From: a virus
Taxonomy: Duplodnaviria > Caudoviricetes
IMG/VR virus record: IMGVR_UViG_3300020464_000009
Span: 1 to 39,471 of that record
Length of the DNA: 39,471 nt
Direction: 5' to 3' (one strand)
The translations under genes were made by a program, and so were the position numbers. Shown in pieces: positions 35,853-39,471 of this stretch (position 1 is the first letter of the stretch; every line of letters begins with the position of its first letter). The notes beneath the pieces were generated by a model. That model saw nothing but the letters and a program-made list of their open reading frames with translations. It had not been told where the DNA came from and ran no database searches.

Positions 35853-36352
35853 CAGCTCAGTTGTTGGTACTGGACGGAAGGAGGAACAGAATTAGAAGAC
35901 GGAGCATTCAACATCGAATACCCAGAAGCGTCAGAAGGAGTGTCGTACTCAGCAGGACGCTGTGAAGACAGCTCTTGCATATGCCGATTTGCGTCGTCGT
36001 CCATCTCATCGAGCATCATGAGCATCGCCATAACCGCTTCTGGGTCTTGGCAGATCTGCTCTAAAAGAGATGCTAAGTAAGCATCATTAGAAGGTTGCTC
36101 AGGTTCAGTCCGAAGCCGAGAAGCAATCTCAGCCTTCACCATCGGATACTGAGTATCTGGGTAATTATTTAAGGACCGAGTCGCTCCGGTGTACATTTCA
36201 TCTGAATAATCAGGTGACGGTGCACGCATCACCATGAAATCACGGAGCACCCGAGAAACCATGGGTGCCATCATCGCTTGTTCTGCAGCTGAGGTCGGCA
36301 TAGGCTGACCAAGCAGGCGAGCAGCTAAAGCATAATCAGCCTGAGAAAACAC
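35852..36352 (-). CDS. Hypothetical protein (acidic, Met-rich)
   Basis: 166 aa with GTG start, in operon. Confidence 0.6.
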   Translation of the reverse strand: MFSQADYALAARLLGQPMPTSAAEQAMMAPMVSRVLRDFMVMRAPSPDYSDEMYTGATRSLNNYPDTQYPMVKAEIASRLRTEPEQPSNDAYLASLLEQICQDPEAVMAMLMMLDEMDDDANRHMQELSSQRPAEYDTPSDASGYSMLNAPSSNSVPPSVQYQQLS

Positions 36353-36617
36353 CAGAACCTACTGCAACAGTTAATTCCATTGTACTCTTTATTCCTAAAA
36401 CGTCGCCAGGAGTGACATTGAGAGTCGTACAGATTTTCTCAAGTACATCTGGCGACGGTATATAACGAGAATCAGAGCATATTTTCCTTGTTGTAGTCGG
36501 CGACAAAGCAGCAAGTTTGCTCAAAGCAAAAGAAGAAAGATCCTTTTGATCGAGCAAATCTTGGAGGTTATTAGTTAAATAACCGCTAGCTGTGTGCGCC
36601 GAGTAAAAAGGCATCAA
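36336..36617 (-). CDS. Cro/C1-type (XRE) HTH regulator
   Basis: LQDLLDQKDLSSFALSKLAALSPTTTRKI...LEKICTTLNVTPGDVL. Confidence 0.85.
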   Translation of the reverse strand: MMPFYSAHTASGYLTNNLQDLLDQKDLSSFALSKLAALSPTTTRKICSDSRYIPSPDVLEKICTTLNVTPGDVLGIKSTMELTVAVGSGVFSG

Positions 36618-37303
36618 CCGAACTTGAATCCTTCTGAAATGTTGACTAATCCAGTGCCGCTGAAATGACCAAACGAGGTTAAATCGATTTTAGGAGAATC
36701 GATCATTCGCCAAGAAATCATTTCACTTGGGAAACGGATGTCGTCCAAGAACAACCACCGTTGTTTCTTCGGAAAGTCTAGTGTGGATAAAAGACTGTAG
36801 AACTTACGCTCAAAAACACCGTCTTTAGGGCCGTCGCACATAATAAAATCAGCCTCACAAAGCATCTTGGCGAACCGTGCAAAAGTCTGAGGCTCTTGTA
36901 AATCCTCTACATGTTGTACAAGTTTTCCAGAACTAAAATCTTCCTTAGTTAAATAAGTGGTCGGGTAGCTTGTCCACTCGTTTACATCAAAAGTGACGAC
37001 CTTATCTTCGTCATCTGAAAAATCGAGCATCGTCCTGGCTGACGTTCCCAGGTGTGTACCGATGTCGAGGATCTTCATTGGCCCCGAAAAACGATCAAGG
37101 TTATAGATGAGGCCAGCCAGAAGGCGGTAGTGATCGCCAGGAAAAGCATTAACAAAAGGATTAGCGCAATCGATGCGGCAATTCGCAGCCGTTCGCACAG
37201 CTTTGAGCAGATAATCCCAATCGGCAAAACTTTGAGCTGCGGGATCATCATCAACAGACCAGCATGCGCTTTCAATCGGGTGACGTACTCCTTTCATGTT
37301 CAA
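36614..37303 (-). CDS. Class I SAM-dependent methyltransferase (Methyltransf_24-like)
   Basis: ILDIGTHLGTSA (motif I), VVTFDV, DFIMCDGPKD and LFLDDI. Confidence 0.85.
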   Translation of the reverse strand: MNMKGVRHPIESACWSVDDDPAAQSFADWDYLLKAVRTAANCRIDCANPFVNAFPGDHYRLLAGLIYNLDRFSGPMKILDIGTHLGTSARTMLDFSDDEDKVVTFDVNEWTSYPTTYLTKEDFSSGKLVQHVEDLQEPQTFARFAKMLCEADFIMCDGPKDGVFERKFYSLLSTLDFPKKQRWLFLDDIRFPSEMISWRMIDSPKIDLTSFGHFSGTGLVNISEGFKFG

Positions 37304-38070
37304 AAACCAAGGTGCTTGCGGCGCACGAAATCTAGGTCATAAGTAGTAAAACTCACCGGCATGTCATCCAAATTAAACGGTGTTTTATAGGTTTCACCTT
37401 CCACATGACCTTGCCAGGCTTCACTCCATTTCATATGCATGTACCGTTTGTTCATCTCGTGCGCTAGATGCACACCTTGCGCGATAGCAGGTTCTGAACG
37501 CCAGGTCTGACTTCCGTCTGAGTAATCGTCCTTTTTAGTGCCGTGGTAGTAACCGTGCTCGAGAGATAGAACACGTTTGACGTCGTCGTGAATAAACCTC
37601 ATCCCGTAATCGAGATCCTCGCAGTAACCCGGATACAGGTTTTCATCAAAAAGACCGTATTTCTTGACCATCCAGTCCTTCAACAAAAAGATATCCCAAC
37701 CACCGTTTTTGCCGTGGACGACACCTGTTTCTTCGTCCTGAGCTTTTTCGTTCATTTCTTTAAGGAAACCAGGTTCGTACATAACGTCGTGGTTAGAAAT
37801 GACCCAGTAAGGCGCTCTTAGAAAAGACTTGATGATTAAGTTCCAGGCACCACTGCACCCCAGGTTTGAAGGCATATGCACGACATGAACCTTCTTTACA
37901 AATTTGTGAGGAGCAGTCGCTAAAAGATCGAGCTCACGAGTGATTTGACCCCGACCATTATTATTGAATACTACAAAGTTATCTACAGGGTAATCAATGC
38001 TATAGAACAACCTCCAAATCCAGTGAGGACAGTTCACAATTGCTGTGCCTAATACAGGAATAGAGTCCAA
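37300..38070 (-). CDS. Glycosyltransferase family 2-like
   Basis: NLGCSGAWNL, VISNHDV and GLFDENLYPGYCEDLDYGMR. Confidence 0.85.
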   Translation of the reverse strand: MDSIPVLGTAIVNCPHWIWRLFYSIDYPVDNFVVFNNNGRGQITRELDLLATAPHKFVKKVHVVHMPSNLGCSGAWNLIIKSFLRAPYWVISNHDVMYEPGFLKEMNEKAQDEETGVVHGKNGGWDIFLLKDWMVKKYGLFDENLYPGYCEDLDYGMRFIHDDVKRVLSLEHGYYHGTKKDDYSDGSQTWRSEPAIAQGVHLAHEMNKRYMHMKWSEAWQGHVEGETYKTPFNLDDMPVSFTTYDLDFVRRKHLGF

Positions 38071-38084
38071 AACGCACGACCAAC

Positions 38085-38100
38085 TGTTAGTATGCTAACA
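38085..38100. promoter_or_regulatory. Imperfect 16-bp palindrome between the divergent GT2 and FkbM genes
   Basis: TGTTAG-TATG-CTAACA; its core AGTATGCTAAC recurs at 27024-27034 upstream of the GT17 gene. Confidence 0.5.
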
Positions 38101-38114
38101 CTGGTATTACGTGC

Positions 38115-38816
38115 ATGAGTACTTTTTTCTGGACGCCAGGTATCGATTTAATTGTTCCTACCGTCGAAACAAGTTTCTTGATGCACAGGGACGACTCAGG
38201 TCTCTGTCAGGCTCATCGAGTCGGAGTTCCAGAAGCATCACTGATTAACTTTATAAAGCAACACTTACCAGGGGATGGAGTTCTGATTGATTGTGGTGCC
38301 CATATGGGCGTCTACAGCATTCTTCTATCTGAGTGTTTCGACCAAGTGTTTGCTTTTGAAGCGCAACGTCGCACTTACTTTCAACTCTGTGGAAATATTT
38401 TTATTAATGAAAAAACAAATATCGTGCCTGAAAACTCAGGTGTTACGTCAAGCGGCAAGACACATCAACAAAAAACTCTTTATATAGTCAGCGAGGACGG
38501 AGGCGGCTCAACGTTTGTAAAACCTAAGGATCAAAAGATTCTTGATGAGCAAAAGGTCAGGATGACTGCCATCGACCACCATCAATACGGTGGGCCAGTC
38601 CGCATGATCAAGCTGGACATCGAAGGCTACGAGTACGATGCCTTAAAAGGGGCTGAGATGACTATCAAACAATTCAAGCCCCTTATTGTTTTCGAAAGCA
38701 ACCCAGGTAACGAAAACCAGAGAGATATGATTTTCGACCTATTAAAGTCTTACGGGTATCAAGTTGGACGAGTTAGTAACTATGAAAATATGTTCATAGC
38801 TGCTGTTGATTCTTGA
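38115..38816 (+). CDS. FkbM-family methyltransferase
   Basis: LIDCGAHMGVYS, VFAFEAQ and MIKLDIEGYEYDALKGAEMTIKQFKPLIVFE. Confidence 0.9.
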   Translation: MSTFFWTPGIDLIVPTVETSFLMHRDDSGLCQAHRVGVPEASLINFIKQHLPGDGVLIDCGAHMGVYSILLSECFDQVFAFEAQRRTYFQLCGNIFINEKTNIVPENSGVTSSGKTHQQKTLYIVSEDGGGSTFVKPKDQKILDEQKVRMTAIDHHQYGGPVRMIKLDIEGYEYDALKGAEMTIKQFKPLIVFESNPGNENQRDMIFDLLKSYGYQVGRVSNYENMFIAAVDS

Positions 38817-39024
38817 GTGTTCTGTATATAACACCGTGACGTCTGGGATTGAATTTTCTAGGCGTCTTTTTCGGTCTTTGATCTTTTGATTCATCGCGCC
38901 TTACGCTTTTAAACTCCCGAAGATACCTACGAGTACCGGCAGCGTCGAGTATATATTTACCCCCTCTTGGGCCTACATAGACCTGGCGTCCATTCCACTT
39001 TTCATTAATAGGAGCGTGGTCCAT
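38794..39024 (-). CDS. Small basic protein with GPRGG (PBCV basic adaptor-like) motif
   Basis: From ATG 39024: GRQVYVGPRGGKYILDAAGTRRY. Confidence 0.6.
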   Translation of the reverse strand: MDHAPINEKWNGRQVYVGPRGGKYILDAAGTRRYLREFKSVRRDESKDQRPKKTPRKFNPRRHGVIYRTLKNQQQL

Positions 39025-39026
39025 AA

Positions 39027-39452
39027 TCAGTTGTTTCTGAGGTAAGAAGAGCAGTCGGCAGCATCGGAAGTTCCGCATTCAGGAATATCTAGAGAACACT
39101 CTCCAGAAGACTCGGTGTAAAAACCGCAAGAAAGACAAGGGTATTCAGATGTCTTTTGGTCACTCTCTTCGAGAGTTTCATTAATAGTGTGGGAAGTAAA
39201 AATCTTACTCAGGGCTTTGAAGTCTCTACGTAGTTGTACGTACTCCTCGTAGCTTTGTTGATTTAATTCGTATCTAGTTTCCCGATGCCCGCAAACATCG
39301 CACTTATAACGTCGTCGTTGAGCATCTTGCTGTCGACGAGTTTCGATTACACGTAAACGTGTCTCACCGCAGCCCGGACAACCCTTCATCTGTTGGTACG
39401 CAGTAATACCGCGCAACTGATCAGGACTGTGTTTTTTAACTTGAGCAGCCAT
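39027..39452 (-). CDS. NrdR-N-terminal-like zinc-ribbon protein
   Basis: CPGCG...RVIETR.....RRRYKCDVCGHR.TRYE, plus a second Cys cluster at the C-terminus; no ATP-cone. Confidence 0.7.
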   Translation of the reverse strand: MAAQVKKHSPDQLRGITAYQQMKGCPGCGETRLRVIETRRQQDAQRRRYKCDVCGHRETRYELNQQSYEEYVQLRRDFKALSKIFTSHTINETLEESDQKTSEYPCLSCGFYTESSGECSLDIPECGTSDAADCSSYLRNN

Positions 39453-39471
39453 TTGATCTTGATATAAAAGG

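Noticed and set aside
1-39471. tRNA/rRNA genes, introns, inteins or alternative genetic code
   Set aside because: No cloverleaf or intein motifs were noticed by eye, core genes such as terL and MCP are uninterrupted, and coding density is high under the standard code. tRNAscan/Infernal would be needed to exclude small RNAs.

Overview
The window is a gene-dense 39.5 kb piece of a tailed dsDNA bacteriophage genome, covering the virion-morphogenesis region, which lies mostly on the minus strand. A cyanophage is likely, inferred from an NblA-like gene and cyanophage-type structural domains. Recognisable parts are a terminase large subunit, a probable portal, scaffold and major capsid protein, several tail or fibre proteins, Gly-rich ejection/pilot-like proteins, an SLT/lysozyme-like muramidase and a holin-like gene. 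Short plus-strand cassettes carry an HNH-like gene, HTH regulators, a degenerate adenine methyltransferase and a Dps-like gene. No tape-measure, sheath, integrase, polymerase, tRNA or CRISPR array is visible. The main candidate for an undescribed system is a glycan-building kit wrapped around the packaging genes: four glycosyltransferase-like genes, a GH130/GT91-like beta-propeller and two SAM methyltransferases. It co-occurs with strong enrichment of an (A/T/S/V/I/P)-Ser-Gly motif in minor structural proteins that is absent from the major capsid protein, which suggests sequon-directed, methylated O-glycosylation of the virion. Other highlights are a 503-nt portal/scaffold dual-coding overlap, a hendecad-repeat pilot-like protein, a type-1-copper-like site in a structural protein, and several small ORFs missed by the ORF track. 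All family assignments come from motif recognition by eye, not from database searches.
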